Shown here piece after piece: positions 26,040 to 34,278 of a stretch of DNA of 64,000 nucleotides (positions are counted from its first letter, which is position 1; each line of letters begins with the position of its first letter). Source of the stretch: Thermoplasmatota archaeon (GTDB lineage: Archaea > Thermoplasmatota > E2 > JACPAO01 > JAHFTW01). The position numbers and the translations under genes are program-made. The stretch is from positions 75,665-139,664 of the forward strand of contig JBBSVM010000001.1 in NCBI GenBank assembly GCA_038046785.1. Reading direction: 5' to 3'. The notes under the pieces are model-generated. The model searched no databases, was not told where the DNA came from, and saw only the letters and a list, made by a program, of their open reading frames with translations.

Positions 26040-27131
26040 ATGGCGCGATGGCGCGTTGTGGCGGAGTTCACGATTGGCCCCTGGAGCCTCGTTTCCGCCC
26101 GCCTCCTCGCCGTCGGCGTCGTCGCCTACGCGGTCGCGGCCGGCTTCACAGCGCGGCGCGGATTTGCCGAGACGCGTCCCGATCGCTATTCCACGTTGGG
26201 CACCACGGCAACCCTCGCCTGCCTTGCGGTCCTGCTCTGGGTGGTGGGACCGCGCGCCCTTCCAGCGCCTTTCGCGCCCGCCCTTCTGCTCGTCCTCGTC
26301 TCCTCCGCGGTCTTCTCGCTCGCCTACACGGCACTCCAGCTCCAGCGGCTCGTGGACCGGCTGCGTGATGCTCTGCCCGCGCTGCCCACCGCTGGCCCCC
26401 AGGACGCAGAGACGCGGCGCAAGACGCCCCACCTGCTGATGGGACTGATTCTCGCATCCTACGCGGGCATCGGCCACTTCATCGTCTTGGGGCTGTCGCG
26501 CATTGGGCTCGGTGACCCCGGCGAGCCGCGCAGCAACCTCCTTGCCGCCGTCGCCGAGCCGTGGCCGGTCTCCGGCCATCTCGTGGCGCTTTGGTGGGTC
26601 CTCTTCCTCCTGTTTGCTCTCCTTCCCGTTGAACTCATCCGGCTGCGCACCCCCGACGCGCCCTTCCCGTTCAAGCGCACCATCCTGAGCCGGCTGCGCA
26701 GCCGCGAGGAGGGGTTGATGGGAGCGCACATCCACATGACTGCGGCCCTCGCCACCGCCTGGCTCCTTGTTGCCGCCGACCCCGAACAGTGGCGCACGGG
26801 GATTCCTGCCTGCCTCGCCATCCTCGCGGTCACGGTGTTCGCCGACTCCGCGAGCGCTCTGGCCGGCAAGCGCTGGGGGCGGCGCAAATGGTTCCACAAC
26901 CGCGACAAGTCCTGGCTCGGCTCCGCCGCGGGAACCGCCGTGGCGTTCCTGGTCTGCCTCCCACTCTTGGGGGCTCCGGTCGCAGTCCTTGCTGCAGCGC
27001 TGTTCTTGTTGGTGGACCTTCTCGCGCCGGTCCCATTCCCGCTCTCGGACAACCTGCTGAATCCGCTCGGACTTGCCGCCGTCCTCGTCGCTGCGCAAGG
27101 GCACATCGATCCGCTGCTCCCCTGGTTCTGA
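26040..27131 (+). CDS. polyprenol/dolichol kinase-like, CTP-transferase-1 family membrane protein
   Basis: Multi-TM protein whose C-terminal block FADSASALAGKRWGRRKW..RDKSWLGSAAG resembles dolichol/phytol kinase and CdsA-type motifs. Confidence 0.55.
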   Translation: MARWRVVAEFTIGPWSLVSARLLAVGVVAYAVAAGFTARRGFAETRPDRYSTLGTTATLACLAVLLWVVGPRALPAPFAPALLLVLVSSAVFSLAYTALQLQRLVDRLRDALPALPTAGPQDAETRRKTPHLLMGLILASYAGIGHFIVLGLSRIGLGDPGEPRSNLLAAVAEPWPVSGHLVALWWVLFLLFALLPVELIRLRTPDAPFPFKRTILSRLRSREEGLMGAHIHMTAALATAWLLVAADPEQWRTGIPACLAILAVTVFADSASALAGKRWGRRKWFHNRDKSWLGSAAGTAVAFLVCLPLLGAPVAVLAAALFLLVDLLAPVPFPLSDNLLNPLGLAAVLVAAQGHIDPLLPWF

Positions 27132-27189
27132 ACCGCCACGCAGAGAGGCCGACGGGCACCCTTTTGACGCCGAGGCAAGGTGGGCCTTC

Positions 27190-28359
27190 GTGAGCCGCCG
27201 CGTCGCGTTGGTATCTGCCGGGATGTCCCGTTTCGGCAACCGTCCCGAGGCGACTCCCAAGGCCCTCTTTGACGAAGCATGGCGCGAGATGGCCGCGCGC
27301 GCTCCCAAATGGAACGGCAAGGCGGACGAAGCTTGGATTGGAACCGTCGGCTTCGGCGGCCACCAGCCCGGCAACTCCGCGGCCCTGTTCCTTCAGGGCA
27401 CAGCGAGCCTTGGCGCCCCTGCACACCGCGTCGAAAACGCCTGCGCTTCCAGTGGCTTCGCCATCCGTGACGCCTGGCTTGCCATCCGCAGCGGGGCCGT
27501 CGACGTCGCGGTCGCCGCCGGCGTCGAATCGATGAATCCCTTCAGCAAGGCGCACCGCGGCTACTGGCTTGGTGTCTCCGGCGACACGGAGGTCGAGCGC
27601 GCAAGCGGCCTCACGTTCCCCGGCGTCTATGCCATGATGGCGCGAGCTCACATGGACACGTTCGGCACGACGCGTGAGCAGCTCGCCGCCGTCGCCGTCA
27701 AGAACCACGCCTTCGGGGCGCACAACCCGCACGCCCAGTTCCAGAAACCCACGACGCTCGAGAAAGCACTCGCGGCCCCCATGATCGCCGACCCCCTCGG
27801 TCTCTTCGACTGCTGCAGCACGACCGACGGCGCTGCGACGCTGCTACTCGTCTCCGAGGAGCGCGTCTCGGAGTTCACGGACAAGCCCATCTGGCTCACC
27901 GGCTCCGGCGCCGCCACCGACACACTCGCCCTGCACGACCGCAAGAGCTTGACGACGGTGGCCGCCGCAACGCAGGCAGCAGCACAGGCGTTCAAGGGAA
28001 CCGGCAGGACGGTGGCGGACCTCGACTTCGCCGAAGTCCACGACTGTTTCACCATCGCAGAGATCCTCGCCATCGAATCCATCGGCCTCGTCAAAGCCGG
28101 TCAAGGCGGGCCCGCCACCGCGGCGGGCCGCACCAACGCGGGAGGCGACCTCGCCACCGTGAACCCCTCTGGCGGCCTCAAGGCGAAGGGGCACCCGCTG
28201 GGTGCGACGGGCGCAGGGCAGGCGGTCGAAGTGTTCGAACAGTTCCACAGCCTCGCCGGCGGCCGCGCCGTCCCCGACGCCCGACTCGCCCTGACGCACA
28301 ACGTCGGCGGCTCGGGCGCCACCTGTGCAGTCCATGTCTGGGAAAAGGGGTGGGCGTGA
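27190..28359 (+). CDS. thiolase (archaeal acetyl-CoA acetyltransferase / SCP-x type)
   Basis: Active-site Cys block VENACASSG and the C-terminal GGLKAKGHPLGATG. GTG 27190 gives the typical VALVSAGMSRFG N-terminus. Confidence 0.85.
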   Translation: MSRRVALVSAGMSRFGNRPEATPKALFDEAWREMAARAPKWNGKADEAWIGTVGFGGHQPGNSAALFLQGTASLGAPAHRVENACASSGFAIRDAWLAIRSGAVDVAVAAGVESMNPFSKAHRGYWLGVSGDTEVERASGLTFPGVYAMMARAHMDTFGTTREQLAAVAVKNHAFGAHNPHAQFQKPTTLEKALAAPMIADPLGLFDCCSTTDGAATLLLVSEERVSEFTDKPIWLTGSGAATDTLALHDRKSLTTVAAATQAAAQAFKGTGRTVADLDFAEVHDCFTIAEILAIESIGLVKAGQGGPATAAGRTNAGGDLATVNPSGGLKAKGHPLGATGAGQAVEVFEQFHSLAGGRAVPDARLALTHNVGGSGATCAVHVWEKGWA

Positions 28360-29054
28360 TGTTCGCGCTTGCCATGCCGCGCACGAAGCGGGGCATGAAA
28401 CTGCAGTTCAGCTTCGACGAGGACGAACTGAGTCTCGCCTGGGACGCCGTGCGCAAGGCGGCCCTCCCGGCCGGCTCCAAGGTCGCGGCGCACGGATTCG
28501 AGAAGCCCATCCCCGCCTGGTTCTGGATGGGCACCGGCCTCGTCGCTGCCGACGACGCGTCGCACCATCTGCGCGCCATTGCCACGACGCTCGGCCCCAG
28601 CGTCGCCATTCACTCCGCCGGACCCGCCCCTGATGTTGAGGCCGCCGCAAAGCTTGCCTACGATGCGACGACCGCGCGCCGCGAGGATGCGTGGCAGCGT
28701 CACCGCAACGCCCGCGATGCACCCGATACGGAAGCGGATTCGCCGCTCGGCGCCTACGTCACGCAGGCGCGGCACGACGAGGTGACCACCTCCCGCATGC
28801 GGCTTCCCAACGGCACCGTCGTAAGCTGGACCCAAGTCGGTGCAGGTGCTGCCCCCACCGAATTCGCGCGCTGGCAGGAAGCGTTCGGCCCCTACCACAC
28901 GGTGATGATCGCATTCCCCGACGGCACGCGCACGGTCGGGCTCTGGTGTGGCGAGTCGCCGCCCACGAACGGACAGGCCGTTCAGCCTGCTCTGCGCCGG
29001 CTCTGGAAAACGCAGACGGCGTGGCGGCACGGCGTGGTGTTTGTTCCCGCCTAA
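28359..29054 (+). CDS. DUF35 OB-fold protein (thiolase partner) with an unrecognised N-terminal domain
   Basis: The C-terminal ~90 aa are OB-fold-like (GTVVSWTQV...PYHTVMIAFPDGTRTVG). ATG overlaps the thiolase stop (TGATG). No CxxC zinc ribbon is seen. Confidence 0.55.
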   Translation: MFALAMPRTKRGMKLQFSFDEDELSLAWDAVRKAALPAGSKVAAHGFEKPIPAWFWMGTGLVAADDASHHLRAIATTLGPSVAIHSAGPAPDVEAAAKLAYDATTARREDAWQRHRNARDAPDTEADSPLGAYVTQARHDEVTTSRMRLPNGTVVSWTQVGAGAAPTEFARWQEAFGPYHTVMIAFPDGTRTVGLWCGESPPTNGQAVQPALRRLWKTQTAWRHGVVFVPA

Positions 29055-29120
29055 TCTCCAGGTGTTCTTCTCCTGTCGGCGGCGCAACCCTTTAACGGCT
29101 CATCCCACCATGGCGAAACC

Positions 29121-30389
29121 GTGCCCACCGACGTCCTTGTGGAGAACTTCCATGTCAAGGGCTCGCCAAAGCGCAACTGGCCCAAGAAAATCGTCTGGTG
29201 GGACGAGACCCTGCGCGACGGCGAGCAGACCCCGGGCGTCTACTACACGCACGACGAGAAGCTGGAGCTTGCCCGCCTCATCTCCGAGACCGGCGTCGAT
29301 GTGATGAACGTCGGCATCCCCGCCATCTCCCCCAACGAGCTGAAGGCTGTGAAGGCGATTGCCAACGCCGGCCTCGACGCCAGCATCCTCGGTGCCGCGC
29401 GCACCGTGCGCAGCGACATCGACGCCGTCATCGCCTCCGACGCTCCCGAGATTGCCGCGTTCATCGCCGCCTCCGACGTCCACCTCAAGCACAAGCTCAA
29501 CATCACACGCGAGAAGTGCATCGAGATCGCGGTTGACTCCGTGCAGTACGCGAAGGACCACGGCCTCAAGGTCACCTTCGTCACCGAGGACACCGTGCGC
29601 GCCGACATGGGTTTCGTGACAACGCTCTACCAGGCCGCCATCGACGCAGGCGCGAAACGCGTCCTTTTCTGTGACACCGTTGGCGTCATGACACCAAGCA
29701 CCATCGGCTGGTGGCTCGACGAAATGGTGGGTCGCGTCAACCGCAAGGTCGAGTACGGCGTGCACCTGCACAACGACTTCGGCTTCGCTGCCGCCAACAC
29801 CCTCACCGCCCTCGAGCACGGCATCCCCTGCGTCAACACCACCGTGAACGGCATCGGCGAGCGCGCCGGCAATGCCAGCTTCGAGGAGGTCGTCATGGCC
29901 CTCGAGGACCTCTACGAGCGCCCCAGCGGCATCGACAAGGCAAAGCTGTTCGCCCTGAGCCGCCGCGTCGAGGAGTGCACCGGCGTCCCGGTCGCCTTCA
30001 ACAAGGCGGTCGTCGGTTACAACGCCTTCACGCACGAGTCCGGCATCCACACGGATGGCGTCATCAAGAAGGCGGCCACCTACGAACCGATGAAGGTCGA
30101 GGAGCTCGGACGCCGGCGCCGCTTCGTTTTCGGCAAGCACACCGGGACCCGCGCCGTCGAGACCCGCATCACGGAGGCGGGCCTTGCTGCAACGAAGGAG
30201 CAGCTGCTCGCCATCGCCAACGACATCAAGGTCCACACCGAGGAGCACACGAAGGAGTACGTGCGCGACTTCATCGCCGCGTACCGCACCTGGGACCGCG
30301 ACAACAAGGGTGTTTCACCGGAAGTGTTCTGGGCCATCGCGAAGAAGCACGGCATCAAGGTGCCGAGCAAGATTCCGTTGACTGTTTAG
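29121..30389 (+). CDS. HMGL-like DRE-TIM synthase (2-isopropylmalate / homocitrate / citramalate synthase family)
   Basis: LRDGEQ, HLHNDFGFAAAN and HESGIH blocks. Substrate cannot be assigned from sequence alone. Confidence 0.8.
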   Translation: MPTDVLVENFHVKGSPKRNWPKKIVWWDETLRDGEQTPGVYYTHDEKLELARLISETGVDVMNVGIPAISPNELKAVKAIANAGLDASILGAARTVRSDIDAVIASDAPEIAAFIAASDVHLKHKLNITREKCIEIAVDSVQYAKDHGLKVTFVTEDTVRADMGFVTTLYQAAIDAGAKRVLFCDTVGVMTPSTIGWWLDEMVGRVNRKVEYGVHLHNDFGFAAANTLTALEHGIPCVNTTVNGIGERAGNASFEEVVMALEDLYERPSGIDKAKLFALSRRVEECTGVPVAFNKAVVGYNAFTHESGIHTDGVIKKAATYEPMKVEELGRRRRFVFGKHTGTRAVETRITEAGLAATKEQLLAIANDIKVHTEEHTKEYVRDFIAAYRTWDRDNKGVSPEVFWAIAKKHGIKVPSKIPLTV

Positions 30390-30390
30390 G

Positions 30391-30470
30391 TCGCAGATTG
30401 CGCCGATTTCTCAGATTTTTCCTTCGCGCAGAACGGCGAGTCTGCGTCATCTGAGCAATCTGCGCCAAGC
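30391..30470. repeat. palindromic CGCAGAT-unit junction repeat, non-coding copy
   Basis: GTCGCAGATTGCGCCGATTTCTCAGATT...GCGCAGAACGGCGAG-TCTGCGTCATCTGAGCAATCTGCGCC fills the 85-nt spacer between convergent stops (30389 and 30475). Confidence 0.85.
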
Positions 30471-30474
30471 GTCG

Positions 30475-32031
30475 TCAGATGACCGTGCTGTGCCCCTTCT
30501 TCGGCAGCGGGTGGTGCTTGTTCGCCGTCGCGGCAAGGCGCGCAATGAGTTCGCTGCGCAACTGGCTCGGCGGGACGATGTGGTCCACGATGAGGTCGTT
30601 GGCGGTGACATGGATGTCGATGTCGCGCTTGTACTCGGAGCGCTTGGCTGCGATGAACGCTTCCCGCTCTTTTCCGGCGGGGACTTTGGCGATGTGGTTG
30701 GCGTAGACGGCGTTGATGGCCGCCTCCGCACCCATCACGGCAATCTCGGCGCCGGGGAGGGCCAGCGTCGCATCCGGCTCGAAGGCGGGGCCGCACATCG
30801 CGTAGATGCCGGCGCCGTACGCTTTGCGCACGACGACGCAGAACTTGGGAACCGCCGCGGTGCTCGTTGCGTAGATGAATTTCTTGCCGCGTTTGAGGAT
30901 GCCCTGCGCTTCCACTTCGCTGCCGACCATGAAGCCGGGCGTGTCGCAGAGGTAAATGAGCGGGACGTTGAAGGCGTCGCAGGCGGTGATGAACTCGGCC
31001 GCCTTGTCGGCGCTGTGCGGGAAGATGGCGCCCGCCCGCACCGCCGAATTGTTCGCGACGATGCCGACGACGTGGCCGCCGATGCGGGCGAAGCCGGTGC
31101 GCAACTCCTCTGCGTGACTCGCCTTGATTTCGAACCAGGAATCGCCGTCGACGAGACGGACAATCAGCTCGCGCATCTCGAACGCCTTGTTGGGGTCCTC
31201 CGGCACGAGGGCGGCGATGCTTGCAGTGGGCGAGGCAGGGTCGCGGCTCTCGAAGCGGGCCGGCCGCTCGTCGCAGTTGTCCGGCAGGTAGCTCATCAGT
31301 TTCCACGCGGCGAGAGCTGCCTCTTGCTCGGTCTCCACGACGACATGGCACTGGCCTGACTGCTCCATGTGGAAGTCGGCGCCGCCGAGCTCCTGCATGC
31401 CAATTTTTTCGCCGGTCACCATCTCGACCATGCGCGGGCTTGCGATGCAGAGCGCGCTCATGCCGCGCACCATGATCATGAAGTCGCAGAAGATGGGCGT
31501 GTAGGCGGCACCCGCGACGCAGGGACCGTACAGGACCGCCACCTGGGGGATTTTCCCCGAAAGCAGGCTGTGGTTGTAGAAGTATTTCCCGATGCCGCGG
31601 ATGTTGGCGAAGAAGCCCGCCTGGTCGGTGATGCGAGCACCGGAGGAGTCAATGAGGTAGAGCACCGGCTTCTGCGAGCGCAGCGCGCGGTCCTGGACGC
31701 GGATGAACTTCTCGACGCCGCGCTCCGCCATGCTGCCGGCCTTCACCGTGTAGTCGTTGGCGATGACGTAGAGGGTGCGCTCGCCCATCCTGGCAGCGCC
31801 GGTCACCATGCCGTCGGCGGCAAGCCCCTCCTCGGCACGCAGGTTGTTGGCGAAGAGGCCATCCTCGAACGCAAGCCCGTCGGGGAAGAAGAGGTTCAAG
31901 CGGTCGCGCACGAACAGCTTGCCCTCCTCGGCCAGCTTGTCGTGGTACTTTGCGGGGCCGCCTTTCTTGAGGCGCTCGATGTCGGCCTGGATGGATGCCT
32001 CGCGGTCCGTCGTCTTCCCGCTCACGGCCAT
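30475..32031 (-). CDS. acyl-CoA carboxylase carboxyltransferase (beta) subunit
   Basis: PccB/12S-type sequence (VIANDYTVKAGSM, DSSGARI, CDTPGFMVG). Track ORF trimmed to ATG 32031. Confidence 0.9.
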   Translation of the reverse strand: MAVSGKTTDREASIQADIERLKKGGPAKYHDKLAEEGKLFVRDRLNLFFPDGLAFEDGLFANNLRAEEGLAADGMVTGAARMGERTLYVIANDYTVKAGSMAERGVEKFIRVQDRALRSQKPVLYLIDSSGARITDQAGFFANIRGIGKYFYNHSLLSGKIPQVAVLYGPCVAGAAYTPIFCDFMIMVRGMSALCIASPRMVEMVTGEKIGMQELGGADFHMEQSGQCHVVVETEQEAALAAWKLMSYLPDNCDERPARFESRDPASPTASIAALVPEDPNKAFEMRELIVRLVDGDSWFEIKASHAEELRTGFARIGGHVVGIVANNSAVRAGAIFPHSADKAAEFITACDAFNVPLIYLCDTPGFMVGSEVEAQGILKRGKKFIYATSTAAVPKFCVVVRKAYGAGIYAMCGPAFEPDATLALPGAEIAVMGAEAAINAVYANHIAKVPAGKEREAFIAAKRSEYKRDIDIHVTANDLIVDHIVPPSQLRSELIARLAATANKHHPLPKKGHSTVI

Positions 32032-32050
32032 CGCACCGCCCTGAGGTTCT

Positions 32051-32488
32051 TCAAGGCGCTGGACCCAATTCGAGGACCACTTGGCTTGTTTCCAGAGTAG
32101 CGCCGGGCATGAGATGGATGGCCGTGACGGTGCCAGCCGCAGGGGCTCGCACCTCATTCTGCATCTTCATCGCCTCCAGCACGAACAGAACATCGCCGCG
32201 CTCGACGCGTTGACCGAGGGTGACGCGCAGGGATTCGAGCTTGCCTGTCATGGGTGGCTTGACCCGCACAGGTCCCGACGAGGCGGCGCCACCTTCTCCC
32301 GCCAGCAGGTCGAGCTCCAGGATGGTGTAGGTCACCTCGCGGTCGGCGATGCGGGCGCGACCGGGGGCGAGAAGCGCAACGTCATGGCGGGCGAGCGGGA
32401 ACGATTCGCCATCCACGGTAACGGTGCGCCCCTTGTGATCCACCACCACTTCGTACGACAGCCCATCCACGACGATGGTCGCCTTCAT
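32051..32488 (-). CDS. biotin carboxyl carrier protein
   Basis: Biotinyl-lysine motif EAMKMQNE. ATG 32488 overlaps the accC stop (ATGA). Confidence 0.85.
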   Translation of the reverse strand: MKATIVVDGLSYEVVVDHKGRTVTVDGESFPLARHDVALLAPGRARIADREVTYTILELDLLAGEGGAASSGPVRVKPPMTGKLESLRVTLGQRVERGDVLFVLEAMKMQNEVRAPAAGTVTAIHLMPGATLETSQVVLELGPAP

Positions 32489-34017
32489 CCCTCCACCTCC
32501 CACGATCGGCGCGCTCCGGCGGCGACGATTTTGGGCATGCTGGCGCGCAGATGCGACCCCGCCAAGCCGCCACCCGGGGCCGCATCGAGAGCGGAGACGA
32601 GGGCCGCAACCGAGGCGCGGTTGGCTTTGCGCTTCACCTCGTTCGTGCGGCTGATCTGGCCCGCGATGTCCGCCTCTTCCAGGAAGCGGGTGCTGATGCG
32701 GCCGGCGCGGAACTCGGGGTGGACGAAGAGCGCCTGGTGGAACACGTTGTTCGTGGCGAAACCCTCCAGTTCCAGCTCGCCAAGAGCGCGCACCATGCGA
32801 TCGCAGGCGGCATCGCGGCTTCCGGCGTGAACCAGGAGTTTCGCCACCATCGAATCGTAATGGCTCGGCACGGTCCACCCTTCGCGCAGTCCTGAATCAA
32901 CGCGCACACCGGGGCCCGATGGGGGGTTCCAGCGCCGCACCGGACCGGGGCAGGGAGCGAAGTTGTTGGCGGGATCTTCGGCGTTGATGCGCGCCTCGAA
33001 AGCGTGACCGCGCAAGACGATGTCCGATTGTTGGAGTGTGAGCTTCCCGCCCGCCGCGATGCGCAGCTGCCACTGCACGAGGTCGACCCCGGTGACCAGT
33101 TCGGTGACCGGGTGCTCGACCTGGAGGCGGGTGTTCATCTCATTGAAGAAGAACTGCCCCGCCTCGCCCGGCTTGGCACCCTCCGTGTAGAGGAACTCCA
33201 TGGTTCCAGCATTGGTGTAGCCGACCCGCTTGGCGAGCGCCACCGCTTTGGCTCCGATGTCGGCGCGCTGCGTCGGCGAAAGGGCAGGGCTTGGCGCCTC
33301 CTCGACCAGCTTCTGGTGGCGACGCTGGATGCTGCACTCCCGCTCGCCCAGGTGGATGACGTTGCCGTGCTTGTCACCGAGAATCTGCACCTCGATGTGG
33401 CGCGGCCGCTCGATGAATTTCTCCAGGAAGACATCGGGGACGCCGAAGGCGCTCGCAGCCTGCGCCGTCGCTGCGGCGAACTGCTCGGGCAAATCGGCAG
33501 CTTTCCGGACAATCCTCATTCCGATGCCGCCGCCGCCTGCCGCCGCCTTGAGCATGACCGGGTAGCCGACGCGCTCCGCCTCACTCGCGGCGTGCTTGGC
33601 ATCGCGCAGCGTCGTGGAGCCAGGGGCAATGGGGACGCCAGCCGCAGCCGCCTCGGCACGGGCGCGGGTTTTGTCGCCCATGCGCTCCATCGCCGCAGGC
33701 GGGGGACCAACCCAGGCAAGCCCAGCCTTCTCGACGGCACGGGCGAAATCGGCGCGCTCGCTGAGGAAACCATAGCCGGGATGGATGGCGTCGCAGCCGG
33801 TGTCGAGCGCGGCCTGGATGATGCGTTCGCCGACGAGGTACGATTCGCGGCTCGGGGCGGGGCCGATTTTGACGGCCCGGTCCGCCATCTGCGTCCAGAG
33901 ACCGCCGGCATCCGCGTCGGAGTGGATGGCGACGGAGCCGATTCCCAGCTCCCGGCAGGCCCGGATGACGCGCACCGCGATTTCGGAGCGGTTGGCCACC
34001 AGAACCCGTTTCAACAC
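32485..34017 (-). CDS. accC: biotin carboxylase subunit of acyl-CoA carboxylase
   Basis: ATP-grasp biotin carboxylase along its whole length (RVLVANRSEIAVR, MNTRLQVEHPVTE). Confidence 0.9.
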   Translation of the reverse strand: MLKRVLVANRSEIAVRVIRACRELGIGSVAIHSDADAGGLWTQMADRAVKIGPAPSRESYLVGERIIQAALDTGCDAIHPGYGFLSERADFARAVEKAGLAWVGPPPAAMERMGDKTRARAEAAAAGVPIAPGSTTLRDAKHAASEAERVGYPVMLKAAAGGGGIGMRIVRKAADLPEQFAAATAQAASAFGVPDVFLEKFIERPRHIEVQILGDKHGNVIHLGERECSIQRRHQKLVEEAPSPALSPTQRADIGAKAVALAKRVGYTNAGTMEFLYTEGAKPGEAGQFFFNEMNTRLQVEHPVTELVTGVDLVQWQLRIAAGGKLTLQQSDIVLRGHAFEARINAEDPANNFAPCPGPVRRWNPPSGPGVRVDSGLREGWTVPSHYDSMVAKLLVHAGSRDAACDRMVRALGELELEGFATNNVFHQALFVHPEFRAGRISTRFLEEADIAGQISRTNEVKRKANRASVAALVSALDAAPGGGLAGSHLRASMPKIVAAGARRSWEVEG

Positions 34018-34066
34018 GGATTGGCCAGACGAAGGGGCTTGAAAAGCTCACGATGGGCCGCCTGGA

Positions 34067-34103
34067 ACACAGATTTCACAGATGCCTCTGTGAGCCGCTC
34101 TGG
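34067..34103. repeat. short/decayed copy of the CAGAT-unit repeat
   Basis: ACACAGATTTCACAGATGCC-TCTGTGAGCCGCTCTGG. The left arm is nearly identical to the copy at 10395. Confidence 0.65.
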
Positions 34104-34142
34104 CTGGAATTCGTTCGTGGGTATTCGCTTCCCGCCAAAATG

Positions 34143-34259
34143 TCACAGATTGCGGCTCGGCCAAACTCCAGTCTCATCTGCGCAATTTTGGCGCAACCTC
34201 CGCTTGTCCTTTGAATGAGATTCCCTAACGTTGCGCGAACGAATCTGCGGAATCTGTGG
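34143..34259. repeat. cluster of CAGAT/ATCTG units (one or two decayed repeat copies)
   Basis: Units TCACAGATTGCGG, CATCTGCGCAATTTTGGCGCAA and GAATCTGCGGAATCTGTGG lie in the lon/accC spacer. Confidence 0.6.
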
Positions 34260-34278
34260 TCCAGGGCGGCGCGAACGT

